Shown: positions 26,616 to 36,648, numbered from the stretch's first letter. The stretch: 64,000 bases of DNA from Candidatus Sericytochromatia bacterium (GCA_036676495.1 JAKFCT010000029.1:1-64000); one strand, 5' to 3'. Program-made: numbers and translations. Notes: generated by a model from the sequence alone, not told the origin.

Positions 26616-27238
26616 TAGCCCTTTTCAAATACCCAAAACGTGAGGTCATCCCATCCGCCTGCTTCTTTCGGCAAGAAGCCTTGCAGCATGAGGTGCAGTT
26701 CGGGAAAAAGCTCCTGGTAAAGGGCGCCGAAATCCCGCTTAAACAAGCTGCCAGGCTCGTTGCGATAGGGAACCTCGACGGGCTTGGAGGCGTAATACTC
26801 GCCACAAAGCACGTACCGCTTGGAGCAACGAACGATTTCCGCCATGACGAGCGGAAGCGTTTCAGGCGGCTGATGAATCAAGACGCCGGTAGTGAAGACC
26901 ATATCGAAGTGACTATCTCGGAACGGCAAGGTTCTTGCCGGCGACCAAAGTGCGTTTACGCCGGGCAGGCGGCTCCGGACCTCCTTGAGGGCATTCTCAT
27001 TGATATCCACCCCGAAAACATCTCGCTCAGGCAAGTGGCTTGCAAGCAGTTCAAGATTAGGACCAACATTACAGCCGACCTCTAAGACGTTTGAAAGAGG
27101 GAACTCCGAAAGGATCCGCCCCCAGAACGGTTCTCTTCCCTCACCCGAGTTTCGATTCCGCTCGATGTAGGCGTCCCCGAACGATCCGCCCCAAAGGGTC
27201 TCCAGGCGCTTGGATTCTGATTTTCGACTAATCTCCAT
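26615..27238 (-). CDS. Pseudaminic-acid-biosynthesis-associated methyltransferase
   Basis: WGGSFGDAYIERN, LEVGCNVGPNL, GVLIH, LFKRDF, DDLTFW. Confidence 0.85.
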   Translation of the reverse strand: MEISRKSESKRLETLWGGSFGDAYIERNRNSGEGREPFWGRILSEFPLSNVLEVGCNVGPNLELLASHLPERDVFGVDINENALKEVRSRLPGVNALWSPARTLPFRDSHFDMVFTTGVLIHQPPETLPLVMAEIVRCSKRYVLCGEYYASKPVEVPYRNEPGSLFKRDFGALYQELFPELHLMLQGFLPKEAGGWDDLTFWVFEKG

Positions 27239-27289
27239 GACAGCTTCCTCTTCAAATAGACAGGACGGCTCTGGCAAGGCGGCTTCACA

Positions 27290-28453
27290 TCAAGCCAGGA
27301 CAGGGTCCCAGATGTTCGGCTTGATCCATTGACCGTCCTCTTTCCTCCAGACCCTGGGGTCACGGAACGTATCCGCAATGGCGTCGAACTCTTCCTCACT
27401 CATTCCTACGTACGCCAGCCAGCGATTGAGGTCCCGATAAGGTTTGACGGGATCGTACTTCCGTACCATTTCGATCCCCTCATCCCGCGTCATGCGGCCC
27501 GCTCGAATGTCCTTGCACGCGTGATCGCTGCCCCGGCCGTAGCCGAATTTGACGAACTTTAAATAATCATGGATTCCATTCTCGTGCATATCATCCAAGT
27601 TGGAAACCGTGCGGTAAGTACGTTCGAACGGAGTCTGAGCAGGACGCCAGCCATAGAGGTCGATCATCGACTCCGCGTTGACTTGCCCATCCCAGTCTAC
27701 GTAGTTACTCAGGTAGATGCCCCGCACCCCGACCTCGTCGATCTCGTCATCGGAAGGATACTGGGCCCAGAGGAGATCCTTGGGAAGTAAGCCTTCCTTC
27801 AATTCAGGGCGGCCCAGACGCTCAAGCCCTTCGTCCGTGAAATCACTCCAGTCGTAGCCTCTCAAGGCATGCTCCAAGCGATGCTTGGCCGTGAATTCGA
27901 CGAAATCCTTATACGAATACATCCCACCGAGATCCATGAAGCCATGCTCTCCCCAGAGAATCAGGGGAACCTTGTAGCGAACCGCGACCTGAATCGGAAC
28001 CGTGAAGATGCCGCAGTGCGCATGCCAATTCATATCGCCTTGCAACTTGAAGCCAATACGATTCATCTTGATCAGCACGTCCACGCCAGAGCTCACGATC
28101 ATGTGATCGCAATCGAAGACCTCTTTCATCCGGTAAAGGTTGTACTCACCTTCCGGGAGATAATTATTCCCGTGGTAAGTCACAAGTAATGGCTTAAGGC
28201 CCAGTTCTTTAACCGCGATGTGAGTCTGGAAGTAGCTGTCCTTGCCACCACTCACTGGAATGATTAGATCGTAATTACTCTCGGAACGAAACTCCCTCAC
28301 CAATTCCTTGAGCATCTGCCAACGCTCCTCCCAGTTGATCCGAGGCTTGAGCTCGGACATCCGGCAGCCTGAGCAAACGCCATTCTCATCGAACGTGAGG
28401 GGGGTGGCGGCGATACTAGGGTAAACACAACGACTACAGTACTGAACGGCCAT
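27290..28453 (-). CDS. pseA: N-acetyl-sugar amidotransferase (PseA/WbuX family)
   Basis: YCSRC..C..C, VSGGKDS PP-loop, HDYLKFVKFGYGR. Confidence 0.88.
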   Translation of the reverse strand: MAVQYCSRCVYPSIAATPLTFDENGVCSGCRMSELKPRINWEERWQMLKELVREFRSESNYDLIIPVSGGKDSYFQTHIAVKELGLKPLLVTYHGNNYLPEGEYNLYRMKEVFDCDHMIVSSGVDVLIKMNRIGFKLQGDMNWHAHCGIFTVPIQVAVRYKVPLILWGEHGFMDLGGMYSYKDFVEFTAKHRLEHALRGYDWSDFTDEGLERLGRPELKEGLLPKDLLWAQYPSDDEIDEVGVRGIYLSNYVDWDGQVNAESMIDLYGWRPAQTPFERTYRTVSNLDDMHENGIHDYLKFVKFGYGRGSDHACKDIRAGRMTRDEGIEMVRKYDPVKPYRDLNRWLAYVGMSEEEFDAIADTFRDPRVWRKEDGQWIKPNIWDPVLA

Positions 28454-28462
28454 GATTCCTCC

Positions 28463-29251
28463 TTATAGGCGCACGTTGATGCCGGCTTTGGCCATGGCGC
28501 GCTTGCCGCTTCGGTCGGCTAATTCCTTGAAATGCCAGAGATTCGCAGCCGCCACCGCGGAAGCCCCAGCGCGGACCCCCTCAGCATAGTGCTCGAAACG
28601 CCCCACCCCACTACACGCGATGACAGGAATGCGGGTCGCCCCCGCCACGGCTTTAATGAGATCCAGATCGTAACCGCTTCCGCCCCCGTCACGATCAATG
28701 CTCTGAAGCAAGATCTCTCCGGCACCCAGACTCTCCACCTGACGCGCCCAAGCGACCGGATCCAGACCGGTCGCATGCCGCCCCCCTTCCGTGAAGACCT
28801 CCCAGCCTCCGTCTTCAAAACTCCGAACATCGATGCTGACAACGATGGCCTGGCTGCCAAAGAGCTGAGCTCCAGCGGTAATAAGCCCAGGCGTAGCCAC
28901 CGCCGCGGTATTGATCGCAATCTTGTCCGCCCCACGACTGATACATTGCCGCATGTCTTCGATATCACGGATTCGCCCCCCCCAAGTCAGAGGCATGAAG
29001 CAAGTCTCACTGACAGCCTCCAGAATTTGCAGGGGGTCGCCCAACCCCTTGACGCGATGATCGTTCCGACGAAGATCGTATTCGCCGTGATCACTGATAT
29101 CAAGGTAGATCAACTCATCAACGGACCATTCATTGAAGCGCCTGACTTCATGAATCGGATTGCCGATCACCTGATGAACCTCGAACCGCTCGCTACGAAT
29201 CAGCAAGCCATTTTGCAGGAGCAAGACTGGAATCAGGCGCGTCTTCAGCAT
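28463..29251 (-). CDS. HisF-like cyclase subunit of the amidotransferase module (WbuZ-like)
   Basis: RLIPVLL, DELIYLDI, MPLTWGG, GAGEILLQSIDRDG; inside a sugar operon, not a his operon. Confidence 0.88.
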   Translation of the reverse strand: MLKTRLIPVLLLQNGLLIRSERFEVHQVIGNPIHEVRRFNEWSVDELIYLDISDHGEYDLRRNDHRVKGLGDPLQILEAVSETCFMPLTWGGRIRDIEDMRQCISRGADKIAINTAAVATPGLITAGAQLFGSQAIVVSIDVRSFEDGGWEVFTEGGRHATGLDPVAWARQVESLGAGEILLQSIDRDGGGSGYDLDLIKAVAGATRIPVIACSGVGRFEHYAEGVRAGASAVAAANLWHFKELADRSGKRAMAKAGINVRL

Positions 29252-29871
29252 CCGGTCACACCTGCGAGCCAGTTTTTCAAGACGCTCAAGCCTGCTTTAT
29301 GGCTCTTCTCAGGATGGAACTGCACCGCTTGGATGTTCTCCACGGCCAAGGATGCGACGAACTCCTGACCGTGAGCACACGTCCCAGTCACGACGGAGCG
29401 ATCTTCCGGCACGAAAACATAGCTATGGACAAAGTAGAAGGCCTCCCGGTCCCGAAGCCCCGTGAAGAGATCGGTCGGAGCAATCACTTGAACCTCGTTC
29501 CAACCAGTATGGGGAATTCGAATCTCTTCCTCGAGGGGGGAACGCAGTCGCTCCACGCGGCCCTTGACCCATCCTAAACCCGCGTGCCGGCCATGCTCGG
29601 TGCCTTCATCAGCAAGGAGCTGCATCCCCAAACAAATTCCGAGAAAAGGTCGCTTTTTCTGGATAATGAGTTCCTCGAGCGGCCCGACGAGCCCGGCGCG
29701 GTGGAGATTGGCAATCCCGTCAGCAAAGGCGCCAACTCCAGGGAGAACGAACGCCCGGACGCCCTCGAAATCCTCCGGTCGGCACACCAAGCGCGTCTTG
29801 GCTCCGAGAGCCGTGAAGGCATTTCGAACCGATCGGAGGTTCCCCATGCCGTAGTCGATAACGCCGATCAT
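29245..29871 (-). CDS. HisH-like glutamine amidotransferase subunit (WbuY-like)
   Basis: IDYGMGNL, LPGVG, GICLGMQ, YFVHSY, QFHPEKS; ATG overlaps pseI stop. Confidence 0.9.
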   Translation of the reverse strand: MIGVIDYGMGNLRSVRNAFTALGAKTRLVCRPEDFEGVRAFVLPGVGAFADGIANLHRAGLVGPLEELIIQKKRPFLGICLGMQLLADEGTEHGRHAGLGWVKGRVERLRSPLEEEIRIPHTGWNEVQVIAPTDLFTGLRDREAFYFVHSYVFVPEDRSVVTGTCAHGQEFVASLAVENIQAVQFHPEKSHKAGLSVLKNWLAGVTGC

Positions 29872-30944
29872 TCCTCCTCCCATCCGGCGCCAGCGATCAG
29901 GTCCCAAGAAAGCGGTGTGCCACGCTCTACGTCTCGAACTGCAACGCGACCGATGACTTGCTCTAAGTAACGGGTGTGAAGTCCATGAGCGGGTCGAATA
30001 GAGCGAACATTCTCCGCCGTGAAGGGCTCTCCCGCCTTGACGTCTTGAACAAGGAACAGCGATCGCCGGAAGACCCGGCTCTTGCTCTCACGCTCACTGT
30101 AGCCATAGTGAATTCGCCCGAGTGCCGCTTCGGTTAATCGAACCGCCTGGGTCATCGCCTTGAACTCGTCAGGCTCCAACGAAAACGCACTGTCCGGTCC
30201 CGGGATTGAGCGCGAGAGAGTCAGGTGCTTCTCGATGATACAAGCCCCAAGAGTGACCGCAGCGACAGGGACGGCGACCTCGATCGAGTGGTCCGACAGA
30301 CCCACCGGCACTCCGAAGGTATCCCCGAGATTAGGGATGGTCCGAAGATTCATCTCAGCAGGAAGAGCCGGGTAAGCGCTCGTGCACTTGAGTAGCGCGA
30401 TTTGCGTAGCCCCTGCCTGACGCAGGGTCCGCATGGCCTCATCAATCTCCGACAAGGTAGCCATTCCAGTCGACATAATGACCGGTTTCCCTGTCTGAGC
30501 AATTCGCCGCAGCAAGGGCAGATCGACACACTCGAACGATGCCACCTTATAAGCGGGCACCTGAAGGGTTTCCAAAAAATCCACCGCCGAGGCGTCGAAT
30601 GGAGTGGAAAAAAAGTCCAACCCTAAATCACGGGCCACGGCCTGAAGCTCCGCATGCCACTCCCAAGGCGTGTAAGCCTCGGAGTATAGGTCATACAGGG
30701 TGCGCCCCTCCCAGATCGTCCCTCGAATTCGAAACGGCTCCCGCGTGCAGTCGATGGTGAGGGTATCCGGCGTATAGGTCTGTAGCTTGATCGCGTCCGC
30801 GCCCGAGTCCTTGGCGACCTTCATGATGGCAACGGCCTGCTCGAAGTCCTGCCCGTGGTTGGCCGAAAGCTCCGCGATAATGTAGGCGGGATGGCCCGGT
30901 CCAATTCGCCGGCCCCCAATCTGGAAGTTATCTGGGAAAATCAC
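29868..30944 (-). CDS. pseI: Pseudaminic acid synthase
   Basis: IAELSANH, KLQTYT, YKVASFE, KCTSAYP, GLSDH, EKH, IRPAHGL; GTG after GAGGAG. Confidence 0.95.
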   Translation of the reverse strand: MIFPDNFQIGGRRIGPGHPAYIIAELSANHGQDFEQAVAIMKVAKDSGADAIKLQTYTPDTLTIDCTREPFRIRGTIWEGRTLYDLYSEAYTPWEWHAELQAVARDLGLDFFSTPFDASAVDFLETLQVPAYKVASFECVDLPLLRRIAQTGKPVIMSTGMATLSEIDEAMRTLRQAGATQIALLKCTSAYPALPAEMNLRTIPNLGDTFGVPVGLSDHSIEVAVPVAAVTLGACIIEKHLTLSRSIPGPDSAFSLEPDEFKAMTQAVRLTEAALGRIHYGYSERESKSRVFRRSLFLVQDVKAGEPFTAENVRSIRPAHGLHTRYLEQVIGRVAVRDVERGTPLSWDLIAGAGWEEE

Positions 30945-30955
30945 ATCACGGCTCC

Positions 30956-32488
30956 TCAACATTCACAGCGGCGTCTGAACCGCATGCAGCTCTGCCCGTA
31001 TCGATCAACGGTGCCGTCTTCGACAAAGCCCGCCTTCAGGAAAGCCGAGCGCGAAGGGATGTTAGAAGGTAGAACAAAGCCCACGACCTGATTGACCCCG
31101 AGTTCGGCGCGTGCACGCTCCCAAGCCCGTACTATTACCAGGGAAGCGAACCCCCTCCCCCGGAAGACAGGAGAAACGGCAAAGTGGACCTCCGCCGTAT
31201 CCGAATCGCATTTCTCCAGCCTAATTTGCGCCACCAAGGCTCCCCCTACCTCCAGCACCCAGAATCGAGCATTCGGAAGCTCGAGCTGACCTTGATACCA
31301 GCGAAGATGGGCATCAAGCGGGATCGGCACCGGGTTGAACGAGTTCCCGCGAACCAGCGGATCGTTTGCCAAACGCCAAATGGCAACGGCATCATCTGGT
31401 ATGGCGTTTCGCAACCGGTAGATGGGATCGCTGGTATCTCGACCGCTTACCCCCACCACAACATCGAGTACCTCCGCCGCTCCCGATCCCCTTATGAGGT
31501 TTCGGCAAACTTGACTCATGATTGAGCGCTGAGTGGAATCCGTGCAAAGCATGTGGATGACGTCCCCGAGGCGGGCGGGAGTCACCTGCCCATGCCAACC
31601 CAGATTGAACGTGGCTCCGGCCTCATGCAAATGGGTCGCCACGCCTCGCTGGTTTTCCGAAACGATGACGGTCACGCTCGGAAGCCCCATAAAAGCCAAC
31701 TCCCAGCAGGTACTTCCCGCCGCTGCCACGGCAAGATCCGCCCAGGCCATGAGCTCCGCCATGTTTGATGGATTCTTGAGGAACCTCACGCGATGCCGGA
31801 ACCCTTCGCTCAGAACTCTATTCAGGAAATCCCAATGGGGATTGTCAATTCCCACCACCACAGCGATTTCCACCCCCTCCAGATCCACCAAATTGAGGGC
31901 CTGCAAGACCTTGAGCGTCACATTATCAGGATCGCTGCCGCCGAGGGTCACCAAGATCCGGCGAACAACCCTTGGAGTCGTTCTATTGACTGATTGCAAC
32001 GTGAATTCCGGGCGCAGCAACGCATATCGAGACCCTAGCAAGAGTAAGGTCTCGGGTGGACACGAATAAGCAAGTTGCTCGGCTCCCAGGTTCTGGTTCA
32101 GCAGAATGTCGGCGGAATACGACGGCAAATGGTTGTAGTCATCGAAGAGCAGCACCTTATGGCCTGCTAAGCGCACCCGCTGCGGAAAATTAGCATCGAA
32201 ATGGTAACCGTCTAGCACCAGCCACGAGGAAGGGGAGGACTCCAGTTCCCTAAGTGTGATGTCCAGGTCAAGCGAATCGGGATGCGGGGCCGCCACCGAT
32301 ACGAAGCGCGCCCCCATGGATATGATGCGCGATTGAAGTGAGTCACTGAGGGAATGACTCAAGAACACAACCTCTCCGCCACGTTGCCGCCAGGCCTGGG
32401 CTAAAGCAAGGCAGCGCATGACATGCCCGCTCCCGAGTTGGACCGAAGCATCCGCTCGGAATATGAGGCTGGGCAAGACGCTATGCAA
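30956..32488 (-). CDS. pseG: PseG UDP-sugar hydrolase fused to a C-terminal GNAT acetyltransferase (PseH-like)
   Basis: FRADAS..GSGHVMRCLALA, LDGYHF, YALLRPEF, LGGSD, AAGST; C-terminal ANDPLVR..RGRG GNAT. Confidence 0.9.
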   Translation of the reverse strand: MHSVLPSLIFRADASVQLGSGHVMRCLALAQAWRQRGGEVVFLSHSLSDSLQSRIISMGARFVSVAAPHPDSLDLDITLRELESSPSSWLVLDGYHFDANFPQRVRLAGHKVLLFDDYNHLPSYSADILLNQNLGAEQLAYSCPPETLLLLGSRYALLRPEFTLQSVNRTTPRVVRRILVTLGGSDPDNVTLKVLQALNLVDLEGVEIAVVVGIDNPHWDFLNRVLSEGFRHRVRFLKNPSNMAELMAWADLAVAAAGSTCWELAFMGLPSVTVIVSENQRGVATHLHEAGATFNLGWHGQVTPARLGDVIHMLCTDSTQRSIMSQVCRNLIRGSGAAEVLDVVVGVSGRDTSDPIYRLRNAIPDDAVAIWRLANDPLVRGNSFNPVPIPLDAHLRWYQGQLELPNARFWVLEVGGALVAQIRLEKCDSDTAEVHFAVSPVFRGRGFASLVIVRAWERARAELGVNQVVGFVLPSNIPSRSAFLKAGFVEDGTVDRYGQSCMRFRRRCEC

Positions 32489-33671
32489 GGTAGACCCTCA
32501 GAACTTTTTTGATAGCCCTGACGACGTCTTCGGCATCTTCGTCACCCATGAGGGGGAAGATGGGCAGCGAAAGGACCTCCTCATAGGCTTGTTCAGCATT
32601 CGGGCATTGACCGCGCCGGGTTCCGAATTGGTCTCGATAAAATGGGTGCATGTGCACGGGAACGTAATGAACATTCACGCCGACGCCCTCGGCGCGAAGC
32701 GCCGCAAAAATGGTGGCGCGATCCGCCTTCAGGCGTTCGAGGTCAAGCCTAATGACATAAAGGTGATAGGCATGAGCAACCTCAGGAAGCGACCGTAATG
32801 GCTGAAGCCCCTCGATTGCGCCAAACGCTCGATCATAGAGCATAGCAATGGCTTGTCTCCGCTGCAGCCACTCTGGCAGTTTCTTCAACTGAGATACTCC
32901 CAGCGCGCATTGCAAATCGGTCAGGCGATAGTTGAAGCCCAACTCAACCATTTCGTAATACCAAGAACCAGCTTGCTCCCGGGCACGATGATCGCTCGTG
33001 ATGCCGTGGTTTCGAAAGGTCCGCAATCGTCGTGCCAAAGCGGGGTCGTCCGTCGTCACCATGCCGCCCTCGCCTGTCGTCAAGGGCTTCACCGGATGAA
33101 AGCTGAAGGCGCTCACGTCTGCCAGTGTACCGACGGGACGACCTTGGAAAGCACCGCCAAGCGAGTGGCAAGCGTCGGCAGCCAAGCGCAGGCCGTGCCT
33201 TTCGGCAAGCACACGAAGTGCCTGATAATCACAAGGCTGCCCCGCGTAATCGACGGCAAGTATCGCCTTCGTTCGTGGTGAAATCAGGGCCTCGACGCTT
33301 TCCGGGTCGATAAGCAAAGTCTCGGGCAACACATCAGCGAAAATGGGAGTCCCGCCCTGGTACACCACGGCGTTCGCGGTGGCGGCGAATGTCATCGCGG
33401 GCACGATCACCTCGTCGCCTGGACCGATTTCCAGGGATGCCATGGCGGCATGCAGAGCCGCAGTACCATTACTGACTGCGACTGCCTCACTGGCCTGAGT
33501 AATACCGGCAAAGGCGGCTTCGAACTCTGGAACTTTGGGCCCGGTAGTTAGCCAATCAGAGCGCAAAGCCGAAACGACGGCATCGATATCCGAATCGTCA
33601 ATGCTCTGCCGACCATAAGGGAGCAGCCGATCTCGAATCGGCGGGCCGCCATGCAGCGCCAGCTTATCCAT
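32481..33671 (-). CDS. pseC: PLP-dependent UDP-sugar aminotransferase PseC
   Basis: LPYGRQSI, WLTTGP, SNGTAALH, FSFHPVK, TGEGG, GFNYR. Confidence 0.93.
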   Translation of the reverse strand: MDKLALHGGPPIRDRLLPYGRQSIDDSDIDAVVSALRSDWLTTGPKVPEFEAAFAGITQASEAVAVSNGTAALHAAMASLEIGPGDEVIVPAMTFAATANAVVYQGGTPIFADVLPETLLIDPESVEALISPRTKAILAVDYAGQPCDYQALRVLAERHGLRLAADACHSLGGAFQGRPVGTLADVSAFSFHPVKPLTTGEGGMVTTDDPALARRLRTFRNHGITSDHRAREQAGSWYYEMVELGFNYRLTDLQCALGVSQLKKLPEWLQRRQAIAMLYDRAFGAIEGLQPLRSLPEVAHAYHLYVIRLDLERLKADRATIFAALRAEGVGVNVHYVPVHMHPFYRDQFGTRRGQCPNAEQAYEEVLSLPIFPLMGDEDAEDVVRAIKKVLRVYLA

Positions 33672-34668
33672 GGCGGCTTCCCTCGAGGGGAGCAACCATA
33701 GCGCGCAACTCCTCGACAGTCAGCCAGTGCGTATTCATTTCGCTACTGTAGTAGAAGTCCTCCGAGCAGAGCTTCCCCCCAAACACCTGGGCGGCATCCT
33801 GAAATTCCCCGTCCAGGCCAGTAGGAAGAATAGCGAAGTAATCGTCGTACTCAATGGTCCGGCGAGCATCATCATGAGGCACCATGACCTCATGAAGCTT
33901 TTCTCCGGGGCGTATGCCCACGATCTTAGTTTCACAGCCAGGAGCTATCGCCGAGGCCAGATCCATGATGTTCATACTGGGAATCTTTGGAACGAAGACC
34001 TCTCCGCCCCGCATCCGCTGCAAGCTCTTCAGGACGAATTCAACGCCTTGATCCAAGGTAATCCAGAACCGCGTCATCCGAGAATCAGTAATCGGAATCA
34101 GCCCGGTTTCCCGCAGCTTCATGAAGAGGGGAACCACACTGCCCCGGCTACCGACGACATTACCGTAGCGCACGACGCTGAAGCGAGTCGAGCGTTGACC
34201 CGAATAGCTGTTACCTGCGGTAAACAGCTTATCCGAGCAAAGCTTGGTGGCCCCATACAGGTTGACCGGATTTGCTGCCTTATCGGTACTCAATGCGACG
34301 ACATGGCCCACCCCCCGATCGATGGCAGCATCGATGATATTTGCCGCTCCGAGCACGTTCGTCTTGATGGCTTCAAACGGGTTGTACTCGCAAGCTGGCA
34401 CTTGCTTGAGGGCTGCAGCATGCACAACCACGTCCACCCCATCGAAGGCGCGGTAGAGACGGTCGCGATCCCGAACATCACCAATGAAGTAACGAATGCA
34501 AGGAAAGCGTTCCTCCGGGAAGCGCTGGCGCATTTCGAACTGCTTCAGTTCGTCCCGGCTAAAGATGATTAAGCGCTTGGGTCGATAGTACCGAAGTACC
34601 GTCTCCGTGAACTTCTGCCCAAAGGAGCCTGTTCCGCCCGTTACCACTACCACTTTGTCATTAAGCAT
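33664..34668 (-). CDS. pseB: UDP-GlcNAc 4,6-dehydratase (inverting) PseB
   Basis: TGGTGSFG, SRDELKQ, HAAALKQVP, LSTDKA, YGATK, RYGNV, MTRFWI, IRPGEKLHE. Confidence 0.96.
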   Translation of the reverse strand: MLNDKVVVVTGGTGSFGQKFTETVLRYYRPKRLIIFSRDELKQFEMRQRFPEERFPCIRYFIGDVRDRDRLYRAFDGVDVVVHAAALKQVPACEYNPFEAIKTNVLGAANIIDAAIDRGVGHVVALSTDKAANPVNLYGATKLCSDKLFTAGNSYSGQRSTRFSVVRYGNVVGSRGSVVPLFMKLRETGLIPITDSRMTRFWITLDQGVEFVLKSLQRMRGGEVFVPKIPSMNIMDLASAIAPGCETKIVGIRPGEKLHEVMVPHDDARRTIEYDDYFAILPTGLDGEFQDAAQVFGGKLCSEDFYYSSEMNTHWLTVEELRAMVAPLEGSRHG

Positions 34669-34755
34669 GTCGGAGTTCCCATCTTTTCTGCTTAGTATCG
34701 CGCCTTCAAGCTCTATGTACGCGGCCCAGTTATTTTTTAAAAGCCTCACTTATTT

Positions 34756-34782
34756 GCTTCGACTGCGCGCAACCTAACTTGA
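34756..34782 (-). promoter_or_regulatory. Candidate sigma28 promoter of the pse operon
   Basis: TCAAGTTA-N11-GTCGAAGC; same spacing and GTCGAA core as the fliC promoter. Confidence 0.55.
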
Positions 34783-34791
34783 TGGCCTTTA

Positions 34792-35820
34792 TCAACTTAG
34801 CTGCCCGCTCAAATCGAGAAAGCAAGGCTTACCGGACTTGACCGGATAGCGCTTCAAGCCATCCTCAGAGAGGACGTAGGAGGCTAGGCCGTCCCAGCGC
34901 ATTGGAGTCTTGTCGATCGGGCAAGCCATTACGCGGTTGAGCAGAGTCAGATAATCCTCGCTTGGACCCTCTAGTAGGACTTCACCTGGCTTGGAAGCAA
35001 CCATGCAGTAGGCACCCGGATGCTGCTGAAGCACCGGAACAGACGGATATGGCACGCTCAGCGACTCGGACGATTGACGTTCGTAGAGCTCGAAGAATTG
35101 TTCCATCTGGTTTACAAACTTTAAGACAACCTGTCTTACGTCGGCATGGGGGATGTATGCTTGGCACTCGTTCAACATGTCCAGAGTCACGCGGAAGATA
35201 CCGTCGGTCGGGTACAACTGTTCGACGTGAAGGCCATTCTTCTCGGCAAAGGACAGCAACGCATAGCGGGTGTAACGGAAGTAATCGTGAGGGATCTGAT
35301 GCTCTCCCTGATGAAAGGGAACATAGAGAAATAGCTTGCCACCCGGCTTTAGCACGCGCGCCACTTCGGAGAAGAAGGCGCCCGGATCGGGGTAATGCTC
35401 AAGGCTGGTAAAATTCAGGCAGACATCAACGCTTTCAGTACGAATGGGAAGAGCTAGCGCGTCTCCGATTAAATCGAGTCCCGAGAAGTCCCAATTAGCA
35501 TCCCCAATCGCCGAGTCGATCGCTAAGTAGTGCGTATGCTCAAAGAACGGCTTATAACGCAGTTGCCCAGCTGAAATATCAAGCACGAGGGACTCGGAGT
35601 CGCAAGCGCTCCCAGCATCAAACAAAAAATTGAAAATTCGTTCGGATTGGACGTGATGGGGGTACATCGCCCATCCCATTTGCGTCTTGAAAGCGTGTTG
35701 AAGGAGGTCTCGGTCTAGGGCACTTTTCATGATGATGTCATCTCCGTCACGAAAGCATTGAAAGCCGCCCTCACGATAACACACCCCCGTTTCACCCTTC
35801 AAACCGAACAGCAGACCCAC
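34792..35820 (-). CDS. Class I SAM methyltransferase with C-terminal Trm112-like segment (start uncertain)
   Basis: VLDISAG, GDALALP, SLEHY, LKPGG, PHDYFRYT; ACPIDK..YPVKSGKP tail. Confidence 0.8.
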   Translation of the reverse strand: MGLLFGLKGETGVCYREGGFQCFRDGDDIIMKSALDRDLLQHAFKTQMGWAMYPHHVQSERIFNFLFDAGSACDSESLVLDISAGQLRYKPFFEHTHYLAIDSAIGDANWDFSGLDLIGDALALPIRTESVDVCLNFTSLEHYPDPGAFFSEVARVLKPGGKLFLYVPFHQGEHQIPHDYFRYTRYALLSFAEKNGLHVEQLYPTDGIFRVTLDMLNECQAYIPHADVRQVVLKFVNQMEQFFELYERQSSESLSVPYPSVPVLQQHPGAYCMVASKPGEVLLEGPSEDYLTLLNRVMACPIDKTPMRWDGLASYVLSEDGLKRYPVKSGKPCFLDLSGQLS

Positions 35821-35938
35821 CCTCCTTTGCGACCGTGGTCATGACGCTTAGCGAAGTACACAACTCTGCGAAGAACGCAACTCGCTGAAGTGTATGCTTA
35901 GCTCGTTTGCGGGATCCTAGGGATCCTTAGGAGATCGC

Positions 35939-35967
35939 TTGCCAACCCATGCCTCCTGTGATAGTTT
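35939..35967 (+). promoter_or_regulatory. Sigma70-type promoter of 6S RNA
   Basis: TTGCCA-N17-TAGTTT with TG extended -10. Confidence 0.7.
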
Positions 35968-35973
35968 TAGTGC

Positions 35974-36152
35974 ACCCTGTTGGGGTCCGTGAGGCGGTCC
36001 AATTCTTGGGCTACAATTATCTTGAAAAGGGCGCCCCAGCGCTCCGAGGATGGAAGTAGACCGCCCGCGTAGGCGGAAACGGAAACTCCTCGGGAGGGCA
36101 CCCACCTGCCAAAAGCAGGTTCAAGAATTCCCGCCCACGACCTCGATGGGGC
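35974..36152 (+). ncRNA. ssrS: 6S RNA
   Basis: ~180-nt rod: 5' CCCTGTTGGGGTC/CGTG/GGCGG/AATTCTTGGG pairs with the 3' arm; A-rich central bubble; GAGGGCACCCACCTGC..GCAGGTTCAA signature as in Firmicutes 6S-1; ends in a T run. Confidence 0.85.
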
Positions 36153-36177
36153 TCTTTTTTTCTCCCGAGACCATGCC

Positions 36178-36645
36178 ATGACCAAGCCGCAAACGCTGAA
36201 CCTGCCCGATGCCGATGCCACCCAGCGCCTGGGAAGGCTGCTCGGGCAGCTCGTCCAGGCCGGTGACGTCCTCTTGCTCCAGGGGGACCTCGGGGCCGGC
36301 AAGACCACCCTCACCCAGGGCCTGGCCCAGGGGATGGACATCGCCGATCGCATCACCAGCCCCACCTTCGCCCTCCTGCATGAGTACGAAGGCCGCCTTC
36401 CGCTCTTCCACTTCGACCTCTACCGGCTCGACGCTCCCGACCTCAGCCAGCTCGGCTTCGAGGAGATCTGGGAGGACGGGCATGGAGTCGTCGTGATCGA
36501 GTGGCCGGAACGGCTCGGGGATCAGGGTCCCGCCGAGCACCTGGACATCCGGATCGTCATCCAAGGCGACGGGCGGGTCGCCACGCTGACGGCCACGGGC
36601 GATCGCCCCCGCCGCCTCCTCCAGGAGCTCGAACAGGCCTGGTAA
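36178..36645 (+). CDS. tsaE: t6A biosynthesis ATPase TsaE
   Basis: GDLGAGKT, SPTF, HFDLYRL, IEW. Confidence 0.96.
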   Translation: MTKPQTLNLPDADATQRLGRLLGQLVQAGDVLLLQGDLGAGKTTLTQGLAQGMDIADRITSPTFALLHEYEGRLPLFHFDLYRLDAPDLSQLGFEEIWEDGHGVVVIEWPERLGDQGPAEHLDIRIVIQGDGRVATLTATGDRPRRLLQELEQAW

Positions 36646-36648
36646 CAG

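Noticed and set aside
28463-29871. Histidine biosynthesis genes hisF/hisH
   Set aside because: Coupled to PseA within a sugar operon; they fit the WbuXYZ-type ammonia-supply module
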